Source: Nitrosomonadales bacterium
GTDB taxonomy: Bacteria > Pseudomonadota > Gammaproteobacteria > Burkholderiales > Gallionellaceae
Reading direction: 5' to 3'
DNA length: 64,000 bases
Assembly (NCBI GenBank): GCA_016195965.1
Contig: JACPYR010000027.1
Coordinates: 513 to 64,512 of the forward strand
The notes under the pieces are model-generated. The model made no database searches. It had not been told where the DNA came from and saw nothing but the letters and a program-made list of their open reading frames with translations. This document shows, piece after piece, positions 16,161 through 26,143 of this stretch (its first letter is position 1; every line of letters begins with the position of its first letter). The position numbers and the translations under genes were made by a program.

Positions 16161-16672
16161 TTCTGGTCGGTTTCCTGTTCAATATCCGGCTCTGGGATAA
16201 TGGGCAGCGCGATCTCGTCCTTGTGGCTGCGGAAGGTCCAGAAATTGTTCACGACAAAATTGAACACGCTGGCCAGCACGATCGCCGCGGCGTTGGCGAT
16301 CAGGTAATACATATACAGCACAAACAGCTTGGTCAGCAGCACTTGCAGCACGATGCCGACCCAGCACGCCAGCGCATATTGGCCGAAATGAAGCAGCAGG
16401 TGCTTGTCGGGACGATGGAAGCGGTCGCTCCAGGTCCAGGTGCGGTTCCAGTAGAAATTGTTTATGGTGGCAAAAAAGATCGCGACCGCCAGCGACGCAT
16501 TCAGTCTCATGTCGTGCGACCGGATCGCGACGAACAGGAACTCCTGGCACAGGTACAGCACGCCCAGATTGACCACGACGCCGGAAGCGCCGACGGCGCC
16601 GAATTTGATGAAGCGCTTCCTGAATGTCCAGGTCAGCAACGGATGTGCGGCGAGACGTGCGAACAACTTCAT
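16157..16672 (-). CDS. GtrA family flippase-like protein
   Basis: FIKFGAVGASGVVVNLG, NFYWNRTWTW, FNFVVNNFWTF. Confidence 0.9.
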   Translation of the reverse strand: MKLFARLAAHPLLTWTFRKRFIKFGAVGASGVVVNLGVLYLCQEFLFVAIRSHDMRLNASLAVAIFFATINNFYWNRTWTWSDRFHRPDKHLLLHFGQYALACWVGIVLQVLLTKLFVLYMYYLIANAAAIVLASVFNFVVNNFWTFRSHKDEIALPIIPEPDIEQETDQK

Positions 16673-16862
16673 GCGACGGGCCGTGCAATGAAATTATTCA
16701 GCAGCGCGGGTTTGGGCGCGATCGACTTCAGGCGGATAAACGAATTCAGGTGTTCGAGCATCGTGGATTTTGCGGTTCTCAAAATGGGCTAGGCTACATT
16801 GGCTATGCACTAATCGCGCTCTATATTATAGTGCCGCTCTATCTGTATATGGGGAAGTTAAA

Positions 16863-18113
16863 GTGAGGGATTCGAGAAAATTGCGGCTGGTGGACCGGTA
16901 TTGCGGTGTGGTAATTTGCTCCGCACTCTCGATGTTGTCCAAGCTCAAGCCCGCCCCCAGAGACAAACAGGTCAAGACCGTCCTGGCCATCGAGTTGTTC
17001 GAGATGGGCGCGGCGATGATGATTTACCCCTCGCTGCAATACATTAAAAACAATGTGGCAGATGCCACGATTTATTGCCTGACGCTCAAGAGCATCAAGG
17101 GTTCATGGGAGCTGCTGGATGCGATCCCCAGCGAAAACATCTATGCCGTCGACGACCAAAACCTGTTTGCGTTCTTCACCTCGCTGTTCGGAAATATCTG
17201 GAAGCTGCGGAAAAAGAATATCGACCTGATCATCGATTACGAATTGTTCATGCGGGTGTCCGCGATCATTTCCTTCATGATCAGGAGCAAATTCCGGGTG
17301 GGCTTCAACAAATACCAAATGGAAGGGCTGTACCGGGGATCGTTCTACGATTTCAAATGCGCGTTCAACCAGAACTCGCATATCGCAAAAAACTTCCTGT
17401 CGCTGACCAAGACCGCGCTGAACTTCGAACACGAACACCCCAACTACAAGGGGCATATTTCCGCAGCCGAGCTCAGTGTCCCTGTATACAAAGCCGATGC
17501 CGCGCTCAGCGCCGGCCTGCGCAGGAAAATCCAAGCGCTTTATCCCGGCTATGCAGACAACAAGCTGATCCTGGTTTCGCCGGACGTGGGCTACAACCTG
17601 ACGATCAGGAATTATCCGCAGGACATGCTGGCCGAGGTCATCCGGAAAATTCTGGATAACTATCCCGACAAACTGGTGCTGCTGGTGGGCACGCCGGACA
17701 ACATGGAAACCTGCATTGATGTTGCCGCGAAAGTGGCGCATCCGCGCTGCATCAACTTCTGCAGCCAGGCGCCGTCGTTGCGCGAGTTTTTCGAATTGTT
17801 GCACGGCGCCGAGCTGCTGATTACCAACGACAATGGCCCGGCGCATTTTGCGGGTGCGACCGGCACAAAAATCCTGGCGCTGTTCAGCACCGACTCGCCT
17901 TTTATTTACGGCCCGCTGGGAAACTGTGTGATCATGTACAGCTTCTACCAGTGCAGCCCGTGCATCTCGGCATTCAATCACAAGACCTCGAAATGCGCCA
18001 GCAATCTGTGCCTGCAGGCGATCAAACCGCAAGCCGTGTATGAAATGGCGGTCAAGGTAATTGAAGGCACGGTGCCATTCAGGACGGTCAATGGCTTCTT
18101 GCGTTATGTGTAA
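16863..18113 (+). CDS. GT9 (heptosyltransferase-like) glycosyltransferase
   Basis: ELFEMGAA, DLIIDYE, LLITNDNGPAHFA..GTKILALF, CSPC...C..NLC; probable GTG start 16863. Confidence 0.85.
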   Translation: MRDSRKLRLVDRYCGVVICSALSMLSKLKPAPRDKQVKTVLAIELFEMGAAMMIYPSLQYIKNNVADATIYCLTLKSIKGSWELLDAIPSENIYAVDDQNLFAFFTSLFGNIWKLRKKNIDLIIDYELFMRVSAIISFMIRSKFRVGFNKYQMEGLYRGSFYDFKCAFNQNSHIAKNFLSLTKTALNFEHEHPNYKGHISAAELSVPVYKADAALSAGLRRKIQALYPGYADNKLILVSPDVGYNLTIRNYPQDMLAEVIRKILDNYPDKLVLLVGTPDNMETCIDVAAKVAHPRCINFCSQAPSLREFFELLHGAELLITNDNGPAHFAGATGTKILALFSTDSPFIYGPLGNCVIMYSFYQCSPCISAFNHKTSKCASNLCLQAIKPQAVYEMAVKVIEGTVPFRTVNGFLRYV

Positions 18114-18130
18114 GGGTTGAACTAAAAAAC

Positions 18131-18264
18131 TTGTCCGCAGATTTCACAGATGTACAAAGATTAGAAAAACTACTACCCGGCAAAATTTGTTTAACTTTGG
18201 GTGATGCAACTATCGCAGAAAAGCCCATATCAATCCGCGTTGAATCTGCGAAATCTGCGGATAA
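18131..18264. repeat. 134-bp element with 21-bp terminal inverted repeats built from 9-mer units
   Basis: TTGTCCGCAGATTTCACAGAT and ATCTGCGAAATCTGCGGATAA are complementary at 19 of 21 positions. Confidence 0.8.
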
Positions 18265-18350
18265 TATTGCTTTTTTGAGTCGTGGCTAAGCACGACGGCT
18301 GCCCGCATGATGATACAATCCGCTTCTTTCAATCCGGACTGGTTTTTGCG

Positions 18351-19289
18351 ATGAATACACTGATTTGCGGTTCGATGGCCTACGACACCATCATGGTGTT
18401 CAAGGATCATTTCAAGAAACATATCCTTCCCGAACAGATACACATTCTCAACGTCGCCTTTCTGGTGCCTGAGATGCGCCGCGAGTACGGCGGCTGCGCG
18501 GGCAATATTGCGTATAACCTGCAATTGTTGGGTGGACGTCCGCTGATCATGGCGACCGTGGGAGACGATTTCGCTCCCTATGCCGCGCGCCTGGAAAAGT
18601 TCGGCCTGCCGCAAACCCATATCTGCACCGTGCCCGGCAACTTTACCGGGCAGGCATTTATCACCACCGATCTGGACGACAACCAGATAACCGCGTTTCA
18701 TCCCGGTGCGATGGGTATGTCGCATCTCAACCATGTCGGTGCCGCGAAAGAAGTCACGCTGGGCATCGTCTCGCCTGATGGCCGCGACGGAATGCTGAAC
18801 CATGCGCAGGAATTTGCCGATGCCAACATTCCCTTCGTGTTCGATCCCGGTCAGGGCATGCCGATGTTTTCCGGCAAAGAGCTGCTGGAGTTCATCGAAC
18901 AGGCGAACTACATCACCGTAAACGATTACGAGGCCAAGATGCTGGAGGAAAAAACCGGCAAGTCGCTCTCGGACATCGCGCAGCGCGTCACCGCACTGAT
19001 CGTCACGCTGGGCGCTGACGGTTCGTTGATTTACGCCGACGGCAAACAGATCGCGATCCCCACCCCGAAACCGAAAGCCATCGTCGATCCGACCGGCTGC
19101 GGTGATGCCTATCGCGCGGGATTGCTGTATGGCATCCAGCAGGCATGGGATTGGGAAACCACCGGGCGTCTCGCTTCGTTGATGGGCTCGCTGAAGATCG
19201 CCAGCCGTGGCGGACAAAACCACAGGCACTCGATAGTCGAGGTTGCCGACTTGTTCAAGCAGCACTTCGGTTTCTCCATCAACTTGTAA
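18351..19289 (+). CDS. PfkB family carbohydrate/adenosine kinase
   Basis: ICGSMAYD, YGGCAGNIAYNL, FDPGQ, VNDYE, DPTGCGDAYRAG. Confidence 0.92.
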   Translation: MNTLICGSMAYDTIMVFKDHFKKHILPEQIHILNVAFLVPEMRREYGGCAGNIAYNLQLLGGRPLIMATVGDDFAPYAARLEKFGLPQTHICTVPGNFTGQAFITTDLDDNQITAFHPGAMGMSHLNHVGAAKEVTLGIVSPDGRDGMLNHAQEFADANIPFVFDPGQGMPMFSGKELLEFIEQANYITVNDYEAKMLEEKTGKSLSDIAQRVTALIVTLGADGSLIYADGKQIAIPTPKPKAIVDPTGCGDAYRAGLLYGIQQAWDWETTGRLASLMGSLKIASRGGQNHRHSIVEVADLFKQHFGFSINL

Positions 19290-19292
19290 TCC

Positions 19293-20168
19293 ATGGCAGT
19301 CTGGGCCGCCGTCGCAACCGCCATCAGCGCTGCGACGCAGCGCCCGTTCGTGCTACGCAACACCAGCCCCGTGGGCGGCGGCAGCATCAATCAGGCCTAT
19401 GCGCTGGCAGGGGTGGACGGCTCATGTTATTTCCTCAAGCTCAACGATACGCGGCACCTGGAAATGTTTGTTGCGGAAGCCGCAGGGTTGGCCGCGATCA
19501 CCGCGACGAACGCGATCCATGTGCCGCACCAGATCGCATACGGCAGCGCGGGCGGACTAAGCTATCTGGTGCTGGAGCATCTGGAATTGGCCGGGCGCGG
19601 AAACGCAAAGTTACTCGGCGAACGGCTCGCCGCGCTGCATCGTTGCACGGCAAAGCAATTCGGCTTCGCGCAGGACAACTTCATCGGCACGACGAGCCAG
19701 CCTAACTCATGGGCGGATGACTGGGTGACGTTCTGGCGCAAACAGCGGCTGGGATATCAACTGCGCCTAGCGGCACAGAACGGCTACGGCGGACAGTTGC
19801 AGAGCTTGGGCGAAAAGCTGCTGGAGGCGCTGCCAACGTTCTTCACCGATTACACGCCGCAACCTGCGCTGCTGCATGGCGACCTGTGGAGCGGCAACCA
19901 CGGATTCCTTGCCGATGGCACGCCGACAATTTTTGATCCGGCGGTTTATTACGGCGACCGCGAAGCCGATCTCGCGATGACCGAATTGTTCGGCGGTTAT
20001 TCAGCGGATTTTTATGCCGCCTATCGGGCCGCGTACCCGCTGGATAAGGGCTATGCCACGCGCCGCGAACTTTATAATCTTTACCACATCCTTAATCACG
20101 CCAATCTGTTCGGAGGCGGTTATGCGCGACAAGCGGAACAGATGATGCGGAGATTGCTGGCTCAGTAA
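19293..20168 (+). CDS. Fructosamine/ribulosamine kinase family protein
   Basis: VGGGSIN, FLKLN, EAAGL, LLHGDLWSGN, FDPAVYYGDREADLAM. Confidence 0.93.
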   Translation: MAVWAAVATAISAATQRPFVLRNTSPVGGGSINQAYALAGVDGSCYFLKLNDTRHLEMFVAEAAGLAAITATNAIHVPHQIAYGSAGGLSYLVLEHLELAGRGNAKLLGERLAALHRCTAKQFGFAQDNFIGTTSQPNSWADDWVTFWRKQRLGYQLRLAAQNGYGGQLQSLGEKLLEALPTFFTDYTPQPALLHGDLWSGNHGFLADGTPTIFDPAVYYGDREADLAMTELFGGYSADFYAAYRAAYPLDKGYATRRELYNLYHILNHANLFGGGYARQAEQMMRRLLAQ

Positions 20169-20200
20169 GGATAGCTGCGATGACGCCAGCCGGACGCTGA

Positions 20201-20683
20201 CTAATAGGTGAGTCCAAACATAGCGGCGGAATAATCCGGGCCATAACCAATGGCCAGATAGCCCTTGGTATAAAACTTCCACTGAAGTATCGCAAACGGC
20301 CCGGGAAGATCGCCGCCCCGGTAGCCGCCGCCGATAGAGGTAGAAGGGGCGATCGGGAACAGCAGTTGTGCATTGGGGGCGTATTCAATCGTAGCTAGCG
20401 GATAACAGTTGCTCATATTGGTCGCTTGACCGGTTGAGGTATCCGTGCAAACGCTGCTCGTTTTGCTGATTTTCTGTAACTGATAGTGCTGGTCTGCCTT
20501 GCTGGGGTGAAAGACAAAGTCCAGGTAGTTGAGCTTGAATTCGAACGGTCCCAAGGTATCGTCGTAGCCTATCGACAATTCAATGCCTTTGTTTGCGCCC
20601 GATATATAGCCAACGGATGCGTTAGTATCGGCTTGCGATGCGGCGGAAATCAGCATCATGATTAATACAACGGCAAAGCGCAT
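20201..20683 (-). CDS. Small secreted, probable outer-membrane beta-barrel protein
   Basis: Signal peptide (ASQA), alternating beta-strands, C-terminal FGLTY, one Cys pair. Confidence 0.6.
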   Translation of the reverse strand: MRFAVVLIMMLISAASQADTNASVGYISGANKGIELSIGYDDTLGPFEFKLNYLDFVFHPSKADQHYQLQKISKTSSVCTDTSTGQATNMSNCYPLATIEYAPNAQLLFPIAPSTSIGGGYRGGDLPGPFAILQWKFYTKGYLAIGYGPDYSAAMFGLTY

Positions 20684-20825
20684 TCAGCATTCCTTCAAAA
20701 TTGATATGTTGGCAGCAGGTAAAGCTATTCTACTTCCTGTCGAAAAACTTTAACAGGCCTCTGCATCGCTTATGTGGCGGCGGATGCAGAGGGGTCGGGT
20801 GGGAAAATCACGCCTCAAACGGCCA

Positions 20826-21833
20826 TCAATGGCTGGTGGCCATGTCAATGATTGCCGTGCGCAGTTCCTGTTTCAACAGGGTGTCGGCTTGGGTCAAGGC
20901 ACGCTTGAACGAACTATCCTTGTCGGGGGCATTGCTCTTGATCGTCCAACGCCTGGTGCCGCGCACCCGGTTGGTGGTCGTTTCGGTCAGCGTGATTTCC
21001 AGCACCCCGCGCTGCCAGTACCAACCTTCCTTGAGTCCCAGATCAGCCAGCTCCATCCTTGTTTGCAGCACAAAATCCGGATTCTGGTCTGTCGCTATCA
21101 TGAAGCCGGCATGAGCTAATGCACCGGAGGCAATTTCTGCCAGACCGGGAGTGGAGTCGACACTGACTTGCGAAGCAATCTTAACCCGCTTCAGTAATTC
21201 GTCCAGATCGCTTTTCAGCTTCGCGCCATGCCAAGGTGAATCCGGGGCGCGCCCGGTGGCATCGACTATCTGCAGTGATTTCTGCAACGACTCGCGCTCT
21301 TGTTCGGATTCGACGGCTTGGTTGGCAGCGGCGATTTTCAGGAACAGGTCGCTGTTCTTGCGCGATTGCTCGACGTAGTTGCCGGTGGCCTCATCCAGTT
21401 GGCCAATTTGCTGGCGCAAGCTGGCTGCGGTCTGCAGTCGCGGCAGGATGGCCAGTACGTGAAAGTTTTTTGATGTCGGGTCTTGCCACAACTCGGCAAT
21501 CTGGATGCCGCGGACGATCTGTTCGGTATGGGTGGAAATGCTGCGCGATGCTTGCCCTTCATACTCGCCCGGCCCGGATGTGCCGGTCTTGAATTTCTGG
21601 ACATCGTCGCTGCTGGCCACCACCGCCACCTGGAATATCTTGGCCACGTCGGCACGGGCGCGATCCTTGGCTTCTTCCTGCGTAACGGCCTGGCCGCGTC
21701 CGAGCAGATATTGCGCGCTGGAGTAACCGGCGCTGTCCCCGGCTATCCAGTCAGGTTGGGTAACTTGCTTGCTGGCGCAGCCGGACAGCAGCGTCAGGGT
21801 AATAATCGCTAAGGCAGAGAATTTCATTTTCAT
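20826..21833 (-). CDS. LPP20-domain lipoprotein
   Basis: Lipobox LSGC, PDWI, G.G....EEAKDRARADVAK. Confidence 0.8.
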   Translation of the reverse strand: MKMKFSALAIITLTLLSGCASKQVTQPDWIAGDSAGYSSAQYLLGRGQAVTQEEAKDRARADVAKIFQVAVVASSDDVQKFKTGTSGPGEYEGQASRSISTHTEQIVRGIQIAELWQDPTSKNFHVLAILPRLQTAASLRQQIGQLDEATGNYVEQSRKNSDLFLKIAAANQAVESEQERESLQKSLQIVDATGRAPDSPWHGAKLKSDLDELLKRVKIASQVSVDSTPGLAEIASGALAHAGFMIATDQNPDFVLQTRMELADLGLKEGWYWQRGVLEITLTETTTNRVRGTRRWTIKSNAPDKDSSFKRALTQADTLLKQELRTAIIDMATSH

Positions 21834-21851
21834 CTCCTCAAGTAGTGAGAC

Positions 21852-23255
21852 TTAATGGCTAACCCAGTGCTGGGTCAGGTAGGTTTTGCGAGTCTTGCTG
21901 ATGACGACTCCGGGATACTCCTGGGTTGCGATGACATGATCACCGGCCCCAAGCAAATCGACTGTGACGGTGTAACTGCCGGGCGCCAGCGCCAGCCGCG
22001 CCAACTGAACATTGGCAGGCAACGTAAGCCAGCTGCGAGTGTCGGCCCGTTCGGTGGCTATGGCCGCCACGCGCACCACAAAAGAACTGATCAAGGCAGC
22101 TGCTGCGTCGTTGTCTCTGCCGCTGCCTGCCTTGTCAACAGAGGCCTGTATTGATCCTTTAGCCACGGCTCGCGCGATAGAGCGAGCCGTGATCGCACCC
22201 ATGCGCGTATCCAGGCTCGCTCTGGCGATGGCGTCGATGTTTTCCATCATTTGAGTAGAGGCCTGCTTGCCGGAGACTGTGATGCGGGCGCCCAGCACCT
22301 GGTTGGGGCGGGATTCATAATAGGGCAGCGCGATGTTCACGAATACAGGCGGAGCAGGCGTGATGTGTTTACGCTGCCCTTCGGTTGCAATGGCCACAGG
22401 TGCGGTGGCACCGATGATCTTTTCGCGCTTGATTGGGGCCAGGCCGTTGTTCAGAACAAAAACCAGCTCACCTTCCTGTTCATGGGTACGGTTCTTTTCC
22501 ATGTTAGGCTCGATGCCGAATTCCTTGCGGTATTGTGCGACCTCATCCCTCAACCCCTGACGCTGCGCAAGCCGCAGCAGATCGTGTTTGAGCATGTCCG
22601 GCATAGCCAAACCAAAATTGACCCGATATTTTTTGTAAGCCTCATAGGCTTTGCGGTAAGCGATCATGGCATCACTCCATTCTCCGAGTTCTTCGTAGAT
22701 CAAGCCGGTGAGATAACGGGACAAGGCGTCCTCGGTGAATTTGCTCTCGGGAATTTTTTCACCGACTTCACGCAGCTTGATGTCCACCTGCAGCGCTTCG
22801 ACACGCGCTTCATAGGGCTGTCTGAGCTCCAGGTAATTGAGCGCCATATAGAGGTGTACCAGGACCTGTTCATAGTCGTCCCCGGCATAACTGACGGTCG
22901 CATCGTTGACGACAAATGACAGCGCATTCTGGCTGACGCTGGCGGTATACAGCCGTTCCATCTCGGCTTTGGCCGCTTCCAGCGCCTGATTGGAGCCGGC
23001 AAAATCGCGCTTCATGCGCAGCACCATGCCCTTGTTGAGCAGATACAACACCCGGTCTGTCTTGGAACCGGCTTGTTTTTCGATCTCGCTCAGCGCGGCA
23101 TCGTATTGTCGGCCCGAAAGGTTGCGCTCAACAATCCCGAAAGAGTCGCTGTAGGTAGCGCATCCGCTCAGTATGCCAGCCAGTGCAAACAAAAAAATGA
23201 ACGGGCCAAACCGCGGTGCTGCACGGCACACCTCCATCCACAACTGCACCTTCAA
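21852..23255 (-). CDS. COG3014-family TPR-like lipoprotein
   Basis: Lipobox LSGC, LYLLNKG, SYAGDDYE, ALNYL..ARVE, RADTRSWLTLP. Confidence 0.85.
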   Translation of the reverse strand: MKVQLWMEVCRAAPRFGPFIFLFALAGILSGCATYSDSFGIVERNLSGRQYDAALSEIEKQAGSKTDRVLYLLNKGMVLRMKRDFAGSNQALEAAKAEMERLYTASVSQNALSFVVNDATVSYAGDDYEQVLVHLYMALNYLELRQPYEARVEALQVDIKLREVGEKIPESKFTEDALSRYLTGLIYEELGEWSDAMIAYRKAYEAYKKYRVNFGLAMPDMLKHDLLRLAQRQGLRDEVAQYRKEFGIEPNMEKNRTHEQEGELVFVLNNGLAPIKREKIIGATAPVAIATEGQRKHITPAPPVFVNIALPYYESRPNQVLGARITVSGKQASTQMMENIDAIARASLDTRMGAITARSIARAVAKGSIQASVDKAGSGRDNDAAAALISSFVVRVAAIATERADTRSWLTLPANVQLARLALAPGSYTVTVDLLGAGDHVIATQEYPGVVISKTRKTYLTQHWVSH

Positions 23256-23870
23256 CTAGAACCCCAGGCTGCTGCGCTCCACCAGCTTCTTGATTTTTTT
23301 CTGGCCGACCCATACCTTGCGGTTGTCCGCCATGCTGATCAAGGTCAAATCCACCTGGTAGTAGCGCAGCTGCGTTTTACCTTCGGCATCAATAATAGTA
23401 TTGATGGTTCCCTTCAGCATGAAATCGGCGCCCTTTTCCTGCCCCATGGCCTTGCGCGTAGCCTCGCTGGCATTGAGGTCCTGATCCTTGCGCTCGCCAC
23501 GGATTTCCTGGCGTTCTGTCGATGAGGCAACGAATTGCACCTTGTCGGAATTGATCAACGCGCGCTCCATGTCGGCGACAAAGGTGTTGACGTTGATGTG
23601 CTCATGGCTGAGATTGCTCACTTCGCCGACGATCACCGCAGGCTGGCGGCTTTGCGTGCGGGAAAATTCACCCAGCCAGGCGCGGTTCAACACGTCCTTG
23701 ATCATCTCTTCCGATACCTGTTGCGAATCGGTATCGTTCCATGCACCGCTCAGGTCTTTTACTTCGCTTACCTCCATGCGGGTGACTGATGTGGAGCAGC
23801 CGCCGGCAGCCAAACCCAGGATCAGCGCCATCAATAGGGTAAGACTATTTTTCGTGAGTGTAACTTGCAT
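23256..23870 (-). CDS. LpoB-like (penicillin-binding protein activator family) lipoprotein
   Basis: Lipobox AGGC, DLSGAWNDTD, N.SHEHI, GADFMLKGTI, YYQVDLTL..VW.GQKKIKK. Confidence 0.8.
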   Translation of the reverse strand: MQVTLTKNSLTLLMALILGLAAGGCSTSVTRMEVSEVKDLSGAWNDTDSQQVSEEMIKDVLNRAWLGEFSRTQSRQPAVIVGEVSNLSHEHINVNTFVADMERALINSDKVQFVASSTERQEIRGERKDQDLNASEATRKAMGQEKGADFMLKGTINTIIDAEGKTQLRYYQVDLTLISMADNRKVWVGQKKIKKLVERSSLGF

Positions 23871-24439
23871 TATTTTTTCTCCTTGGCGACCCTGTCAAAA
23901 ATGTTGTCGGCACGGGTTTCGATATAACGACGCAGGTCATCGTTCATGTCTTGCGTTTCGGCAAGTGTGTTTTTCACCTGCTTCATGTCCAGCTCGGCGA
24001 TGGAATAGATGATGTTAGTCTTGGGGTCGCGCCAGCTGCCGATGATTTTGGCGCCGGTCAGGTTGACCTTGGTCAGTGCTTTGATCTGGCGCGACACGGC
24101 TTCTTCGGCAACATTGGCCCCGCTTGACTTGGCGGAAGACATATAGTCATTGGAAACCACATCCATGTACGACGACAAAACCTTTGCCACTTCGGCGCGC
24201 GCCCGGTCATCGGCGACAGATTTTTGCAGCGCCATGTCTCCGGTAGGAGAGGCCGAACCTACGCCGTGAAACAAGCGACCATCCTTGTCACTGAGAATGT
24301 TGCTTCCTTCGTTGACCCAGTCCGGAGCACCCTTGAGGCCCAGGTCGCTTTCTACCTTGGTTTTGCTGGAACAGGCGGAGATGAAAAGGGCGAGCAGTGC
24401 AATGGATAACAGCTTTAAAACGGAATGGAAATTTTTCAT
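23870..24439 (-). CDS. LPP20-family lipoprotein
   Basis: RBS AGGAG and ATG 24439; lipobox ISAC, APDWV, GVGSA, ADDRARAEVAK. Confidence 0.8.
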   Translation of the reverse strand: MKNFHSVLKLLSIALLALFISACSSKTKVESDLGLKGAPDWVNEGSNILSDKDGRLFHGVGSASPTGDMALQKSVADDRARAEVAKVLSSYMDVVSNDYMSSAKSSGANVAEEAVSRQIKALTKVNLTGAKIIGSWRDPKTNIIYSIAELDMKQVKNTLAETQDMNDDLRRYIETRADNIFDRVAKEKK

Positions 24440-24514
24440 GATTTTCTCCTGATGGTTAGGAAAAACAATTTGAAAGTTGTTGCGACGGGCACAGATGGGA
24501 CGACTAGCGCTGCC

Positions 24515-24543
24515 ATCATATGTCAAATAATAGGTTGCTGCAA
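24515..24543 (-). promoter_or_regulatory. Putative sigma70 promoter of the lipoprotein operon
   Basis: Minus strand TTGCAG, 17 nt, TATGAT. Confidence 0.5.
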
Positions 24544-24614
24544 TGCGGTTGAGGGTTGGGGCCGCGAGTCAGCCCGGCAGTAGTGAACGATATATGCCGA
24601 GTATTTGGGCAGAC

Positions 24615-25259
24615 TTAAAACGCGGTTGCCTGCAGCACTTCAAACTGGTGTGTGGCGATGTTATAACCCAACAATTCGCCACGTTCGATATCAAAATACC
24701 AGCCGTGCAACATTAGTGATCCCCGCTCTACTCGTTCGCGTACCCACGGAAAGGTCATCAGGTTGTCGAGGGAAACCAGTATGGCCTGCTGTTCGCAGGC
24801 GCGGTGGCGCACTTCGCTGCTGGCCCCCGCAAACTCGCGCTCAACCTGTTCGCGCGCGGCATCGGCTATTTCCATCCAGCCGGCAATAAAGGATTCATCC
24901 TGGTTCACGCTGCCTTCCAGCAAAGCATGTATGCCGCCGCACTGAGCATGCCCGAGCACGATGACGTGCTGCACGTTCAGATTGCGTACGCCGAACTCCA
25001 GCGCGGCACTGGTGCCGTGATAATGCCCTTGATTCTCAGCGGGAGGAACCAGGTTGGCGACGTTGCGCACCACGAACAAGTCGCCCGGCGCGCAATCCAG
25101 CACCAGGGCGGGATCGACCCGCGAGTCGCAACACGCCACCACCAGCGTTTTCGGGGTTTGGCCATACTGGACCAGATCCTGAAACTGTACTCTGCCTTCG
25201 GTGAAATGGCGTTCGCGAAAACGGAGGAACCCCTCAATCAGCTGCCTGGGTGAACTCAT
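24615..25259 (-). CDS. Beta-class carbonic anhydrase
   Basis: [29 protein letters not shown] zinc ligands. Confidence 0.95.
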   Translation of the reverse strand: MSSPRQLIEGFLRFRERHFTEGRVQFQDLVQYGQTPKTLVVACCDSRVDPALVLDCAPGDLFVVRNVANLVPPAENQGHYHGTSAALEFGVRNLNVQHVIVLGHAQCGGIHALLEGSVNQDESFIAGWMEIADAAREQVEREFAGASSEVRHRACEQQAILVSLDNLMTFPWVRERVERGSLMLHGWYFDIERGELLGYNIATHQFEVLQATAF

Positions 25260-26143
25260 GCGTTGGTCAGCCTGACCAGCGCCTCGCGGTACTTGTCAGC
25301 GGTTTTTTGCAGCACGTCTTGCGGGATATGCGGTGCCGGAGCACGCTTGTTCCAACTGGATGATTCCAGCCAGTCGCGCACAAATTGTTTGTCGAAGCTG
25401 GGCGGGTTGCTCCCTATCCGATATTGATCGGCAGGCCAGAAACGCGAGGAGTCCGGGGTTAGCGCCTCGTCGATCAGGTAAAGTTTGCCGGCATTGTCTA
25501 CGCCGAATTCAAACTTGGTATCGGCGATGATGATGCCCTTGGTCGCCGCGTAATTGGCCGCTTCGGTATAAAGCGCCAGCGTCGCATCGCGAACTTCCTT
25601 GGCACGTGCTTCACCCAGCAATTCGATTGCTTGCGCGAACGAGATATTTTCGTCGTGTTCTCCCACGGCAGCTTTGGTTGACGGGGTGAACAGGGGTTCG
25701 GGCAGCTTCTGTGCTTCGCGCAGCCCGGCGGGCAATTTGATTCCACATACCGAGCCGGTCTTCTGGTAGTCCTTCCAGCCCGATCCGACCAGATAGCCGC
25801 GCACGATGGCTTCGATCGGCAGAGGCTTGAGCTTCTTGGTGACAAATGCGCGGCCCTTCACCTGAGCCTGGTCCTCTGCGCCCTTTACCACGGATTCCGG
25901 CGCGATGCCGGTCAGGTGATTGGGGATGACGTGCTGAAGTTTGTTGAACCAGAAATTCGATACCGCCGTGAGTACTTCACCCTTGCCGGGGATAGGGTCG
26001 GGCAGTATCACATCGAACGCGGAGAGGCGATCAGTCTGGATTACGAGCAGCTGGTCTTCGCCTACCGCGTAAAGATCGCGCACCTTGCCCCTATGCAAAA
26101 AAGGCAGGCTCTTGATGTCGGATTGCAGGAGCGCTGCGCTCAT
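25256..26143 (-). CDS. purC: SAICAR synthetase
   Basis: [45 protein letters not shown]. Confidence 0.98.
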   Translation of the reverse strand: MSAALLQSDIKSLPFLHRGKVRDLYAVGEDQLLVIQTDRLSAFDVILPDPIPGKGEVLTAVSNFWFNKLQHVIPNHLTGIAPESVVKGAEDQAQVKGRAFVTKKLKPLPIEAIVRGYLVGSGWKDYQKTGSVCGIKLPAGLREAQKLPEPLFTPSTKAAVGEHDENISFAQAIELLGEARAKEVRDATLALYTEAANYAATKGIIIADTKFEFGVDNAGKLYLIDEALTPDSSRFWPADQYRIGSNPPSFDKQFVRDWLESSSWNKRAPAPHIPQDVLQKTADKYREALVRLTNA

